The notes under the pieces are model-generated. The model saw nothing but the letters and a program-made list of their open reading frames with translations. It was not told the DNA's origin and made no database searches. A stretch of 64,000 nt of DNA from Chiloscyllium plagiosum (lineage: Eukaryota): positions 74,462,933-74,526,932 of the forward strand of contig NC_057711.1 of the NCBI RefSeq assembly GCF_004010195.1, written 5' to 3'. The position numbers and the translations under genes were made by a program. Below are positions 11,746 through 24,520 of this stretch, piece after piece. The stretch's first letter is position 1, and each line of letters begins with the position of its first letter.

Positions 11746-13623
11746 GTGTAAGTGGAGGAACTCTCAACAACTGAGAACTGCATAAAGTTATGTGAAGGAC
11801 CAAGAAATCTTATACATATTCTACATAATTGATTCCATTATTTATGTGATTTAGAGCTATCAATTTTAGTTCTAGAAATTGAAGTTTTAAATTTAAGTAG
11901 AAAGGACATAGTTTTGAGAAATAGACACACACTCTTAAGATAATTACGAGTACATGTTCATGGAAAGGAGTCTGAGGCAGAGATGTGAATGCCACACAAT
12001 GGCTATTTTTCCTCTAAGTTTTCTTTGATAGAGAATAGATATTTACAATACCTGTAGCTTTCAGATCGACAAAGCTAAAACACCTTTCTTGGAAGGAACC
12101 AGCAAATCTGGAGAGAAGGTTGGTAACTCCATTAGAGGCAGATCTTGAAATCTAACAGTTTAGTCTTGAAGCTAAATGTTAATTTTTTCTAAATATTTAT
12201 TGGGCATCTCAAAGAAATGCTGTTACCATAGAGATATTCCCTTCACATTCAGGAAGAAGTTTTGGTTGGAATGCTGGGAAGTTTGCTGTGGGAATTTTCC
12301 AGCAAGTGTTTTTGATTGGAGGTAAAAACAGCCAAGCTGATGGGTGTAAGCATTGAGTTCAGATGCAGAGAAAAATAATTTGGCAAAAATTGGGAAACAT
12401 CTGTGGACCAGGCGATTAGAAGTGTTATAAACCAAAGATGTTTCTCATTCCTGACAAAGTTATGATGCAGGAATTTCGAGTGGAGTTCAGTCTTGGGCTA
12501 AAATGTCCCAGACCATAGAAAACAGCTGTGGAAAAGTTTGGAGTTCTCCAAAGAAGGAGGATAGTTTCTTCAAGAATGCAATAAGTAAGCCAAAGACTTC
12601 CTGAGAGAAACCAGAGCGAACATGGTAGGGTTCTGTTGAGAATTTTATAATGAAGTATACATAAGTGTCATTTATTGTATTTCTGACATAAAGTACAAGT
12701 AATGCCTAAAGATGGTTCTTATTGAGGAGTGTTTGTTTTTCTCTATTCTTTGATAGTAAAATTTATCTATTTTAAACTATGGAATTTAATGACTTCATTC
12801 CTTCGGTAAATAACTGGGAGTTTGAATTTCTCTCTAATTACTAATGGTCTCTATGGAAATCATAACACACAATATTAATTGATCATACAGGGAATCTATT
12901 ATCTTTGCTTTGGCATCAAATGGCTCCTTTTGGAAATTGAAAATAGCAAACTCATCATTATCTTTAATCTGACATCGCTGTCAGAGTGCTGTCGATTACA
13001 AGGATAATTTTAACAAACTGATTCATCTGACCTTTGCTCCATTATAAGGTCAGGAGTGAGATTGTTCATTCATGACAGTAAAGTGTTCAGTAACAGACAC
13101 TGAAACAGTTTGTATCCACATACAGAAGGCTGAACAGTGCTTAGGTTTGGCAGTGACAAGTAATATTTGTACAACAAGAAGTATGTGGTCAAACAAACAT
13201 ATGGCCAAAAGAATGGTGACTTTGTACACTTTTCACTATATTCCTGTATTCCTGTGTTCAGATACATGTGACAATAAAATCTAAATCCAAATCTAAAGTT
13301 GGACATTCTAAATTGACCCGTGGTCAGAGAAATCAAGCCTAAAAGAAAATTGGCCAAACTAAATTAAAGAGCACACAGCAGTTATTGGCTACAGAGAACA
13401 GTGGAAACCAAGACAAAAAAGGTTCTCAAGGTTCAGGGTAACCAGTGTCACGACACGGGGTAAACTCTCCTGCTTACTGTAAACTAGCAGCACAGAAAGG
13501 ATTTAACCCTGATTATGATTTACAAAACAAAACGTCTTATCTCAAAACCAGGTAGCTTTTGGTTTTCTCTATATTCTGGTAGTCTTTTCTTCTTCTTGGG
13601 GTGACTGATCGATAAAGGTTAAA

Positions 13624-13931
13624 TTAGATTAGATTACTTACAGTGTGGAAACAGGCCCTTCGGCCCAACAAGTCCACACCGATCCTCCGAAGAGCAACCC
13701 ACCCAGACCCATTCCCCTACATTTACCCCTTCACCTAACACTACGGGCAATTTACCATGGCCAATTCACCTAACCTGCACATTTTTGGACTGTGGAAGAA
13801 AATCGGAGCACCTCAAGGAAACCCACATAGATATGGGGAGAATGTGCAAACTACACACAGACAGTTGCCTGAGACGGGAATTGAACCCAGGTCTCCGGCA
13901 CTGTGAGGCAGCAGTGCTAACCACTGTGCCA
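13624..13931 (-). mobile_element. HE1-type tRNA/V-SINE
   Basis: tRNA head with A/B boxes, V-domain gtgtagtttgcacattctcccc, CR1-like tail, (aatct)n end. Confidence 0.93.
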
Positions 13932-14066
13932 TGCTTTAAGAGAGTTATTTATTCAGACAGTCTTTATTTTAGCTTGGCAGTTCTCCTCTCAACTGTTCAA
14001 TTTTCCCAGGTCTTATGCCCCCAAAGCATCAGATTGTGTCATTGGCTTTTAAGATCATCAAAATCT

Positions 14067-14266
14067 AGAGGATGTGGTGGAGGCTGGTACAATTGCAACA
14101 TTTAAGAGGCATTTGGATGGGTATATGAATAGGAAGGGTTTGGGGGGATATGGGCTGGGTGCTGGCAGGTGGGACTAGATTGGGTTGGGATATCTGGTCG
14201 GCATGGACAGATTGGACCAAAGGGTCTGTTTCCATGCTGTACATCTCTATGACTCTATGACTCTAT
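14067..14266 (+). mobile_element. CR1/HER1 LINE extreme 3' end
   Basis: Highly similar to 29795-29995 and 53134-53328; (gactctat)n tail. Confidence 0.92.
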
Positions 14267-14909
14267 AAATACTAAATTCATACTGAATTGGAGTTTGGTT
14301 TTTTGGGGGTAAACTGATTGGCCTAATACGAATCTGTTTTGTCATTTCCAGGTTACCTGAGCTACCCCAGTAGCTGGAGCACATGTTACATTGTTTTTTT
14401 TTTTCAGAATACGTGTTGCTGTCAGGTAGTTTTTGCAAGCTTTTAACTCCCTTAAAGGTAGAGTACGCCCACATCTTCATTACACCAGTTATGACCAGCC
14501 AGAGGGCTGCATATTGGGGAAGTGTTGATAAGACTTTCTGGTACTTTATATGTCCTTAGTATTGCAATAGTGAAGGGCGTTGGTGCAATCCCTTTGGATG
14601 CTTGTGATCCTGCTCATGACCCTATCAGCCAAAGGTCACATAATATTCCAGGGTGAGGGGTAATAAAAACACACAAACTCTCTGGAAGGCTCATGGCAGA
14701 AAACCATGTAGCAGAAGAACTAGGAGAAGATCCACCAGGACCTGTGAGACTTACCTTCATGGAAAAGAGCCAGTCCTATGTTGGAGAGGAAGGAGAATCC
14801 AACAGCCCAGCCCAAACTTTTGCTGGGTAATATCCTTTTGCAGACCGATAGAGCTAGATGCAGAGTAAATATTGTGGGAATTTGAGAAATGCTCACATGG
14901 TGCTATTTT

Positions 14910-15230
14910 TTAGATTAGATTAGATTCCCTACAAAGTGGAGACAGGCCCTTCAGCCCAACCAGTCCACATCGACCCTCTGAAGAGTAACCCACCCAGACT
15001 CATTTCCCTCTCACTAATGCACCTAACACTGTCGGCAATTTAGTGTGGCCAATCCACCTGACCTGCACATCTTTGGACTGTGGGAGGAAACCAGGGCACC
15101 CGGACGAAATCCATGTGACACAGGGAGAATGTGCAAACTCCACACAGACAGTTGCCCAAGGCTGGAATCGAACCTGGGACCCTGGTGCTGTGAGGCAGCA
15201 GTGCTAACCACTGAGCCACCGTGCTGCCCC
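14910..15230 (-). mobile_element. HE1-type SINE, full length
   Basis: Same structure as 16697-17006 in reverse. Confidence 0.93.
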
Positions 15231-15251
15231 TTTTAATAAGGAATGCTTTGT

Positions 15252-15790
15252 ACAAAATGGAATGTATCTGTAAATACAAGTCTGCAAATATAAATTCATC
15301 CCATGGACTTATATGTGTCTGTATGTGTGTGTGAGGGAGAGAGAGAGTTCAAAAAGCACACAATCTGTCAGCAGTCAGTCCATGTGATATTTTATAAAAT
15401 TCCTACTTTGGAAATAGAACCAGTCTGACTCAAGGTTGGGATACAGACAAACTCTAACCTCACACTTTTAATGCATTGTTTGAGCTGAGCTGTCACCTTT
15501 TTAAAAATAAATCCTTAAGTTATCTCTGGATGCTGACTTGAAATAAACTCTGGGATTTACATATTAGTCAATCTAAACTTGCAACTCCATTCTAAGTGAT
15601 TAAATACCTAACAGCAATCTAGGTTTGTTCAGTACATCACATCAGTTTTAGTAGACTTTGATCTTTTACCATAAATTCTGTGTCCTATGATCCTGCCCAC
15701 TAGCTACCTGATGAAGGAGCAGCGCTCCAAAAGCTAGTACTTCCAAATAAACCTGTTAGACTATAACCTGGTGTTGTGTGATTTTTGACT
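15252..15790 (+). mobile_element. Penelope-type family B element with 5' inversion and hammerhead core
   Basis: 15348-15790 collinear with 2422-2860; 15252-15347 is the reverse complement of ~2321-2422; CTGATGA-a-ggagc.agc.gctcc-aAAA-GCTA at 15708-15736. Confidence 0.8.
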
Positions 15791-16696
15791 TCACTGAAAG
15801 GTTTGCTTGACTAAAGAATTTTTCATACATAAACTGGTCAGCGTGTCCAAAACACGGACAATATTGGCCAGCCCCAGATGAGTCTCGAATAAAAGTGCTT
15901 GTATAACCTCCAAAATCGAGTCCCACCAACTTTGAATACTCAAACATGCAGCCAAAGTCTGATTTAGAAGGGCAGCTGCCCAGTGTGACAGTCAGGATTC
16001 GAGTGGGTGAAAGAAGGCTCGGGTTTCCAGCCAGTCATTGGGCCATAGACTAAATGCTTGTAATGTGAGGAGGGCAAACAGCCAGAGCCAGGCTAGTCCA
16101 GGGTGTGGGTGTAGTCATGCTGCAATTTAGCAAGAGGCAGACCCTGTACCCATTCGAGTCCTGTGCCCAGGACTAACCTGAGTGGGACACAGAAAGTAGA
16201 GGGAGCCAGAGTCAATGTACAGTTGAGGTCCAATGAAAAAGCAAAATCTAGTATAGGGTACTACAGGGCAGAAAACTGAGGCAAGGAACCTGAATAGAAG
16301 GTCAGAAGACCCACAAGGTGGAGAGAAACCAAATATTTAGGTCGGGGACACAGCGGATACAGAGAAGCTAGAATTGGGTCAAGGTTAGAGGTTGTGAAAA
16401 GTACTGTGGATCCAGGGGTACTGAGAGGTGAAAAAGCAGCTAATTTTGAGTCAGAGACCAATGAGACAGAGACAGAGAGAGAAAAAGACAGAAAGCAGTA
16501 AATGAAAAGGAAACAATGAGAGAAATGGCGCAGTACCCAGAGTGGGAGAAGGCACTATGAAAGTACCTCAATAAGAAATTGCCTAGTTGGACCAACCATT
16601 ACAGTGAGCAAATATTGTGTCTGGGGCCCATGGGACAGAAATGTTGAGAGGGGATGTGGAAAGCTGAAAGGAAGTGCATTTTAATTCCAGCATAAT

Positions 16697-17006
16697 GGGC
16701 TGCACGGTGGCACAGTGGTTAGCACTGCTGCCTCACAGCACCAGAGACCTGGGTTCAACTCTGGCCTCAGGCAACTGTCTGTGTAGAGTTTGCACGTTCT
16801 CTGCGTGGGTTTCCTCCGGGTGCTCCAGTTTCCTCCCACAGTCCAAAAATGTGCAGGTTAGGTGAATTGGCCATGCTAAATTGCCCGTAGTGCTAGGTGA
16901 AGGGGTAAATGTAGGGGAATGGGTCTGGGTGGGTTGCTCTTCAGAGGGTTGGTGTGGACTTGTTGGGCCGAAGGGCCTGTTTCCACACTGTGAGTAATCT
17001 AATCTA
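16697..17006 (+). mobile_element. HE1-type SINE, full length
   Basis: A box tggcacagtgg (16708-16718), B box ggttcaactct, V-domain, tail ttgggccgaagggcctgtttccacactg shared with CR1 3' ends. Confidence 0.95.
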
Positions 17007-17084
17007 AAGAAAATAGCGATAGCAATAGCCAGCTGCATGGAGCAGCTGAGAGGTAGACAATGGGACACTTGTGTCATATATAGG

Positions 17085-17658
17085 TAGGGTGGTTAAAAAG
17101 GCATTTAGCATACTTGCCTTCATTGCTCAGTCCTTTGACAATCGAAGTTGTAAATTTATGTTGGGTTGTACAAGACATTGGTGAGGCCTATTCTGGAAAA
17201 CTATGTCCAGTTCTGGTCATCCAGTTTATAAGAAGGATTTTATTAAACTGGAAAGGATTCAAAAGAGATTTACCAGAATGTTACCAGGTTTCGAAGATTT
17301 GAGCTATAAAGAAAGGCTGATCGGCAGGGACTTTTTTCACTGGAGCATGATCTTATAGAGGGGTGTAGATTGGGTTAATGGAAGGTGTCTTTCCCTAGAT
17401 TGGTAGATTTCTAATGTGAGATGACTGATATTTTAAAAAGAAATGAGGGGCAAACCTTTTACAGAAAAGGGGGTTCGCATGTGTAATGAATTTCCTGAGA
17501 AAGTGGAGGATACAGGCATAGTGGCGATGCTTGATAAGTACAAAAATAGGAAAGGCTTTTAGGGATATGGGCCAGGAGCAGGTAGTTATGGTTTATATTC
17601 GGCATGGACTGGTTGGACCAAAGTGTCTGTTTCCACGCTGCATGACTCCATGACTCTA
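17085..17658 (+). mobile_element. Decayed CR1 3' region
   Basis: LYKTLVRP-like remnant, 3' stem-loop and (gactccat)n tail. Confidence 0.85.
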
Positions 17659-18207
17659 AGATGCATTTTGCCTCATTTCAGTTTTAAATGGGTCACCTCT
17701 GATATTTAAGCAGTAACACCTAAATCTAGATTAGCCTATTAAAGACAACATTGTTTCTATTTCTGTTCTGTCAACACCCATAACAATCTTATATGTTGCA
17801 AACAAGGTACCTATTCTCATCTACCTAGCAGATACAATTTTAACCATTCCAACCTTTCCTCTTAAGATAAGTTATTAATGTGGAAAACCTTCTCTGAATT
17901 GCTTCCAATGTATTTATATACTTTCTTAAATGAGTTGACCGATGTTTACAGTTTTCCAGATGCATTCTCACTAGTGCGATGCATAATTGAAGCATAATCT
18001 TTTCACTTTTGTATTCAATGCCCCACATAATATTCTATTAGTTTTCCTAATTATTTGCTGTGCCTACATACTAATCTTTTGTAATTCAAACGTGAGAACA
18101 TCCAGATACCTATTCACTGTTTAGATAAAAAAATTATCTTCCTGCAAAAATAGATAAATTCACCTTTTCTCACATTATGCTTCATTCTGTGACTTCTTTG
18201 ATCACTC

Positions 18208-18256
18208 ATTCTTTATCTTTATCTATATCTTTATCTTTATCTTTATCTATATCTTT
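18208..18256. repeat. (ATCTTT)n microsatellite
   Basis: ctttatctttatctatatctttatctttatctttatctatatcttt. Confidence 0.9.
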
Positions 18257-18745
18257 TTATAGCCTCATCCGTTCCTCTTCATAACTTATCTTGCTCCTAA
18301 CGTTTTATCATCAAACTTGGCAACGGTAACTTCTGTATCTTTATCCCAATTCATAATATAATTATATAAATTATAAATAATTGAAATCCCTGCATCATCT
18401 CTGTAGCATGCTACTTGTTACATCTTGCCAACTTGAAAAAAAAAACAAAATTATGCTGACTTCTATACATGTACGTATGTACTCGAATCATATCCATCTC
18501 AATTGTTTACCCATTACACCATAAATGTTTATTTCCTGTAATAACCTTTGATGTGACATTCTGTAAAATGCTTTCTGGAAATTTAAGTGCAGTGCATCCA
18601 CTGGATCTCCTTAACCACAGCCCATAGAGAAAACAAAAGTTTGTCAGAGTGCACACTGATAATCATGCAAGACTTTAAAACATATTGACTAGAAATGTCA
18701 GAAAGGCAAAAGAATCACAGATAAAGAGTATGAGGTGACTTTTTT

Positions 18746-19049
18746 TTAGATTAGATTCCTAACAGTGTGGAAACTTCGGCCCAACTAGTCCACACCAACC
18801 CTCTGAAGAGTAACCCACCCACACCCATTCCCCGTATTTACCACTGACTAATGCACTTAACTCTATGGGCAATTTAGCATGGTCAATTCACCTAACCTGC
18901 ACATCTTTGGGAGGAAACCAGAGGAAACCCACGCTGACACGGTGAGAATGTGCAAACTCCACATAGACAGTCGCCCGAGGTTGGAATCGAAGCCGGGTCC
19001 CTGGCGCTGTGAGGCAGCAGTGCTAACCATTGTGCCACCATTCCGCCCC
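18746..19049 (-). mobile_element. HE1-type SINE
   Basis: Full head-to-tail homology with the other HE1 copies. Confidence 0.92.
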
Positions 19050-19269
19050 ACCTAAAGCTACTCCAATGGATTGGCCAAACATGATTTCCCTTTCAGAAAA
19101 CCATGTAGATTCTTCCTGATGACCTTTAAACTTATCTAAGTGCCTGGTATAAATTGTTTAATTGTAGATTTTAATGTTTTCCTTCACAAAGATGTTAAGC
19201 CAACTGACTTGTAGATTTCTGCTGTCTGTCTCTCTCCCTATTGAATAATGGTATTACATCATTATTCAA

Positions 19270-20090
19270 ACTTCAGATCAAGAGAGATCTGGGTGTTCTC
19301 GTGCATGAATCACAGGTTATTACACAGGTATTATAATGTAATCAGGAAAGCTAATGAAATGTTACAGTTTATTGTGAGGGGAATTAAATTCAAGAGAAGA
19401 GATATCATGCTTCAGTGATACAAGGCATTGGTGAGACCATATTTGGAGTACCATGGACAATACTGTTAACTGTACTTTTGGAAGGATGATCATGTATTGC
19501 AAGTAGTTCAGAGAAGGTTTACTAGATAAGTCTCTGGAATGAGTGAATTGCCTTATGACGAAAGAATAGACAGATTAGTCCTGTATCCTCTTAAATTTAG
19601 AGGAGTCATAAATGGCTTTATTGGAACATAAAAGATTTTGACGGGACTTGATCAGTGGGTGAATGTCGAACTAGGGTTCATAATTTTAAAATAGGTGGTT
19701 ACTGACTTAAGGAGAAAGTGAGGACTGCAGATGCTGGAGATCAGAGCTGAAAATGTGTTGCTGGAAAAGCGCAGCAGGTCAGGCAGCATCCAAGGAGCAG
19801 GAGAAATGACTTTTCGGGCATGACTTACTGACTTAAGGCAAAGGTAAGGGAAACAAAAATTACCAGAGTGTTGTGAGTCTTTCTAAAGGCTGTGGATGCA
19901 GATTCTTTAATTTTTTTAAGCCAGCATTAGACTAATTCAGGATTACCAAGGGGAGGAAAACTTATTGGGGATTATAAGGGTTGAGTTGAGGTTGAGCAAA
20001 GGTTAAAGTCAAAATCAGATGAGCCATAATTGTACTGAATGGCTGAACAGACTTGAAGAAGTGAGAGGCCTATTCTTATTCCTTGTTCAT
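19270..20090 (+). mobile_element. Old CR1 3' region
   Basis: RDLGVLVHES, YKALVRPYLEY and VQRRFTR remnants; 3' UTR. Confidence 0.8.
19713..19824 (-). mobile_element. Short Penelope-type family A insertion
   Basis: 14-bp TSD ttactgacttaagg (19699-19712, 19825-19838); near-identical to 43195-43305. Confidence 0.85.
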
Positions 20091-20094
20091 AAGT

Positions 20095-21125
20095 ACTGGA
20101 GTTTTTTGAAGGTGTAATTAGGAGAGTAAATAAGGGAGAACCTGTGGATATGGTGTATCTGGATTTTAAGAAGATTAGATTTCTCAGTAGAGGTTATTGG
20201 ACAAAGTTAAAGTGCCTGAGATGGCGGGTAACAAATTGGCATGGAATGAGAACTGGTTGACAGAGATGGAGAGTGGGAACAAATGAGGATTTTAACAAAT
20301 AGCAGACAGAGACTAGTGCGCGAGAGCAACAATCAATGCTTGTGCCCTAGCAATTCACGATATATAAATGAACTGAATGAGGAAAGGAAATGCAACATTT
20401 CCAAGTTTGCTGATGGCACAAAACTGGATGGGATTTTGTGTTGTGAGCAGGATACTTCAAAGTAGTTTAGACAAGTGGCCAGTCACATAGCAGATGTAGT
20501 ACAATTTGGCTAAGTACGAAGTTATGCATTTTGTTATGAAAAACAGAAAGGAAGGGTATTATTTAAATAAAGGAATATTGGTAAATGTGTGTACATAAAA
20601 AGATTTGGCTGTCCTTGAACATCTGCCAATGAAATTGGGCATGCAAGTGAAGCAAGTAATGAGGAAGACGAATGGTATATTAGTCGTTTTTGCAAAAAGA
20701 TTTGAGTTCAGAAATAGGGATGTCTTACAGCATTTATATGGGGCCTTTCTGCAACTACATCCTAGAGTTTTGGTCTCACTACTGAAGCAAGCATATGCTT
20801 GTCATTGAGGGAATGCAACGGAGGTTCACTAAACTGATACAGGGGATAGCAGGACTGTCTGATGAGAATATTTGTTAACTGGGCCTGTATTCAACTAAAA
20901 AAATGTGAGGAGATCTGACTGAAATGTATAAGATTCTGACAAGGCTGAACTGATTAAAGTAGGGAGAATGTTTTCCCTAGTTTGGGTATCTAGAATTATG
21001 GGACACAATCTCAGGATATGGGGTAGACCATTCAGGATTAAGACCAGGAAAAAAGATTCTTCATTAAAGTGTAGGGGAGCCTGTGGAATTCTCTACTATG
21101 GAAGGCTATTGAGGCAAAGGTCCTG
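20095..21125 (+). mobile_element. Old CR1 RT to 3' region
   Basis: KGEPVDMVYLDF and YINELNEERKCNISKFADGTKL (ORF 20283..20465). Confidence 0.82.
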
Positions 21126-22094
21126 AGTTCCAATATACCTTCAGTTCAAATGTGATGTCATGTTGATGATATCACAGGTATTTCTCCTAAAGGTATATTG
21201 AGATACTGTATCTTTAAGAGGTACACTGGCATACTGACTGTGAGATATAACACAACAAGCAGTGCAGGTGAAGTGCCAGCACTCCACCCTAACCATGTAA
21301 TCGCCCTGCCACTATAATTTGAGATGGGACCCATGGCTACAAAACATGTGTGATCAAGAGTTCCGCTTTTATCCTGTTGGAGTGGAACCTCCTGAAATTT
21401 CTGCCCCAGTACCTTTGTAATTGGATGATCCAGGTTATATTACACACCAAGGATATGAGAAACAGTAAAAACAATGACACAGTGGCAGTAAATGCTTTAA
21501 CTTGGAGGTTACTATGAGCAGTGTTATTGTTTAACTATTTAATAGTTCATATCAAATTTCTCACTGCCTCTTTTATCCCATTATTAAAATAAATAGATTA
21601 ATCCTATTATAATAATGAAGAAAAAATATAAGTTTATTAGTGTTTGAATAACCATTCTATAACATCTCTGGGAGATAATTTGACAAACGACCAAGCTTCT
21701 GATTTATCTCACAATACAGTCAATCACAAATTCATAACAGGTAACGGTAACCTTGCAGTTTTATAACCTTTCAGCTCTTCTAACATGTCTTTAATTAAAT
21801 ATAACTGAAAATAATTTGCGAAATGAAAATGAAATAACTTCAAGTAATCCCAACAAAAATAAAGCGAAACATTGTGAGAACGGATGAGATGATGTAAGAA
21901 AAACCACAACTGCTAAAATTCAGAAAGATCTTCAAAAAGAGGCATAAGAAATAAGAGTGACAGTTGATCACATTGCCTTTCATAATATATAATGGTATTA
22001 TGGCTGAACTTCTTCTTCAACTCCACTTTCTTGCCCATTCTCTTGAATGTCTGTAAGATCTCAAGTGCAGAAACAAGCTTTGTCCATAAGAAAT

Positions 22095-22680
22095 AAGACC
22101 TGGACAATATTCAAGTTTGGGACAAAAAAACCCTGCAGATGCTGGAATCCAAAGTAGATAGGCAAGAGGCTGGAAGAACACAGTAAGCCAGGCAGCATCA
22201 GGAGGTGGAGAAGTCAATTGTGAAAAAGGGTTAAACCCAAAACATCAATATTCAGGTTTGAGCTGACAAGGGGCAAGTGCCATTTGAAATACATAAGTAC
22301 CAGGGAACAACCATCACCAAGGAGAGAAAATTTAATGATTGCCCTTTGACTTTCAATGACATTACCATCAGTGAAACCCCATTAACAATTTCCTGGAATT
22401 ACCATTGATTACGAACTGAACTGGACTGGCCATACAATTTCTGCGGCTGCAGCAACCAGATTAGATCTAGGAATTCTGAGAGGAAAACCTTACCTCCAGT
22501 CTCCCTAGTGTCTGTCAGAAATGTGAGAGTATACTGTCTACTAACTTGGATGGTTCTGCTTCAACAATACTCAAAACGCTCAACACCATTCAAGTGAAAG
22601 CAATCCATTTGATTCGGCGATATCCATTACCTCAACGTTCACTTCCTTCATTATTGTGCACAGTGGCAGCGATGACTACC
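22095..22680 (+). mobile_element. LINE family 2 ORF2 fragment, interrupted at 22120-22245
   Basis: DLDNIQV / ADKGQVPF..KYQGTTITK..PLTFNDITISE..LNWTGH..LKTLNTIQVKA remnants. Confidence 0.72.
22120..22245 (-). mobile_element. Short Penelope-type insertion (family A-related) with inverted, degenerate ribozyme piece
   Basis: TSD caatattca(a/g)gtttg (22105-22119, 22246-22260); begins ctgcagatgctgga; tgaaaaagggttaaacccaaaacatc at 22221-22246 resembles CTGAAGA-AGGGT..ACCC-GAAACGTC. Confidence 0.75.
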
Positions 22681-23169
22681 AGCTAGGGCTTCTGAAGAAG
22701 ACGTATTAGATTTGAAAGTAATCTGCACAGTCATCCCAGCCCATCAGCAACTCAATCAGCATCCTGCTGCTCCTTTCAGCAGAAAAGGTGTGGGTTGTGC
22801 CTCGACATACACTAAGAAGATCACTTTGGTGTACCATGAGTTCATGGGTGTTTTGTTGGAAATATATGTTTTGTTCTTACTCAATTAGACATCAGGAACA
22901 TCATTGATCCCTCATTAGGCTGCCGCAGTAGAGACAGGCTGACTTTGTTCAGCTTCTCAGCTGTGCCAGTGTGTGCTGTTAACCAGAAGGGATGGGGCGT
23001 GAGGCAAAAATGGTGACAATAATTCTACATTAAAGTCCATCTTTATTGCATTGACATTGAAGGGTTATCATGTTCACAGGAAACAGGTATGTCATTATCT
23101 CAAGCCTACTTCACATGTCTCATAGTCCCTCACACTATACTGCGTGCTCAGCAGCCTCCTCCCCATTCT

Positions 23170-24520
23170 CTTCATTGGATGAGGAGAGATAGTCAACTGT
23201 GTCCCTGGTATGCAAATGCAGCCCTTCTGTAGTTTAGATTGCATAAAGCATAGCAGATCACCACAATATATGAGATTCTCACAGGGACGTTGTAAAGGGC
23301 TACACTAGATAGGATCATGTCCCTGAATCCTATCTCTAGCAGCCCAATGACCTGTTTATGAGACATAAGACATAGGAGCAGAAAGTAGGCCATTCAGCCC
23401 ATTGAGTCTGCTCTGCCATTCAGTCATGGCTAATAGGGTTTTCACCCCCATTCTCTTGCATTATCCCTGTAACATTTGATCGCCTTCGCAATCAAGAACC
23501 TATCTATCTCTGTTTTAAATAAACTCAATGGTCTGACCTCCTCAGTCTTCTGTGGCAATGAGTTCCACAGATTCGCTACTCTCTAGCTGAAGATTTTTCT
23601 CCTTATCTCTGTTCTAAACAATCTTCCCTTTACTCTAAGACTGTGTCCTTGGGTCGTCATCTCTCCTGCCAATGGAAACATCTTCCTAACGTCCAATCTG
23701 TCCAGGCCATTCAGTATTCTGCAAGTTTCAATCAGATCCTCCATCATCCTTCTAAACTCCATTAACTATAATCCCAGAGTCCCCAAACATTTCTCATATT
23801 GTAAGCTTGATGTTTGCTCTACTGCAACTGTGGTAAATATTCTCAGTTTGTCTTGCTGCAAAGTAAGGTTTCCTCACAGATATGAGTAGCCATATTTTTC
23901 ATTTGTAACACTTGTCCCTGAGAATCCATTTTCTAAGGGGCACAAGGAGTAGGAGAATTGGTGATACCTGTGACTGTTGAAGTGTGGAGGTATCATTGCT
24001 GTCTGAACATGCACTTGCAGTATTTGTCTTTGATGGTTGCCAAGTCACTTAAATATTAATAGAATGGAAGCTCTTTCTGCTAATGGAGATCAGTGGTTTG
24101 TCCCTGTGAATCTTGAAGGCCCCATATCTGTAGTCATTGACTCACTGCACCCGCAGAAATCTATGATTTCAAAACCAATAGCCTCCTCCACCTGATTGAT
24201 AGGGTTGATGTAGTGTTGTCCAGTCACTGGCCCTCTTGAACATAGCAGTTTTTAACTCTTTTATACAGCGATGGTCTACACTCCAGAGAGCCAGCAAATG
24301 TCCTCAGTGAATCCTTTCAAAGAACTGGATTTGTAAAAGTTGATTACCATAGTGATCTTCAGGGTCACATGCATTAGGACTGTCCATGGGTCACATTCTG
24401 CTGTGTTGCACATTAGTTGGTGACTGCAGTTTTCATAAACATAATCACGTTGACACCTGTATCTGGTTGAGGTGAATCCTGTACACTCTTGGTTATGATA
24501 GGCTATTCAGATTGTAGCTA
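23170..24520 (-). pseudogene. Near-complete fossil PIF/Harbinger transposase, interrupted by a CR1 tail
   Basis: Minus translation: PRVYR / VTLKITMVINFYKSSSLKGFTEDICWLS / FLRVQ*VNDYRYGAFK..ISRKSFHSINI / WILRDKCYK*KIWLLISVRKP / KQVIGLLEIGFR..RISYIVVICYALCNL (ORF 23193..23393). Confidence 0.85.
23362..23805 (-). mobile_element. CR1 LINE 3' end inserted in the Harbinger fossil
   Basis: acataagacataggagcagaaagtaggccattcagccc tail plus ORF2 C-terminus in reverse. Confidence 0.85.

Larger units (their letters stand above)
13446..14497. mobile_element. Possible solo LTR hosting an HE1 SINE and a CR1 tail
   Basis: Starts tgtcacgac, ends gttatgac(ca); accag occurs at both borders (13441-13445, 14494-14498); ends imperfect. 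Confidence 0.35.
17660..19250 (-). mobile_element. Old, highly decayed CR1 LINE (interrupted by an HE1)
   Basis: ORF 17840..18028 GIEYKSEKIMLQLCIALVRMHLE..LEAIQRRF; RT remnants continue to ~19250. Confidence 0.7.

Noticed and set aside
12221..12867. Possible solo LTR (tgtta...taaca, with ccatagaga/tctctatgg inverted match)
   Set aside because: No TSD, no second copy, left boundary uncertain
22690..22722. CTGAAGAAG..TGAAAG hammerhead-like string
   Set aside because: Stem II does not pair and the cleavage-site/stem I region is degenerate; at most a relic
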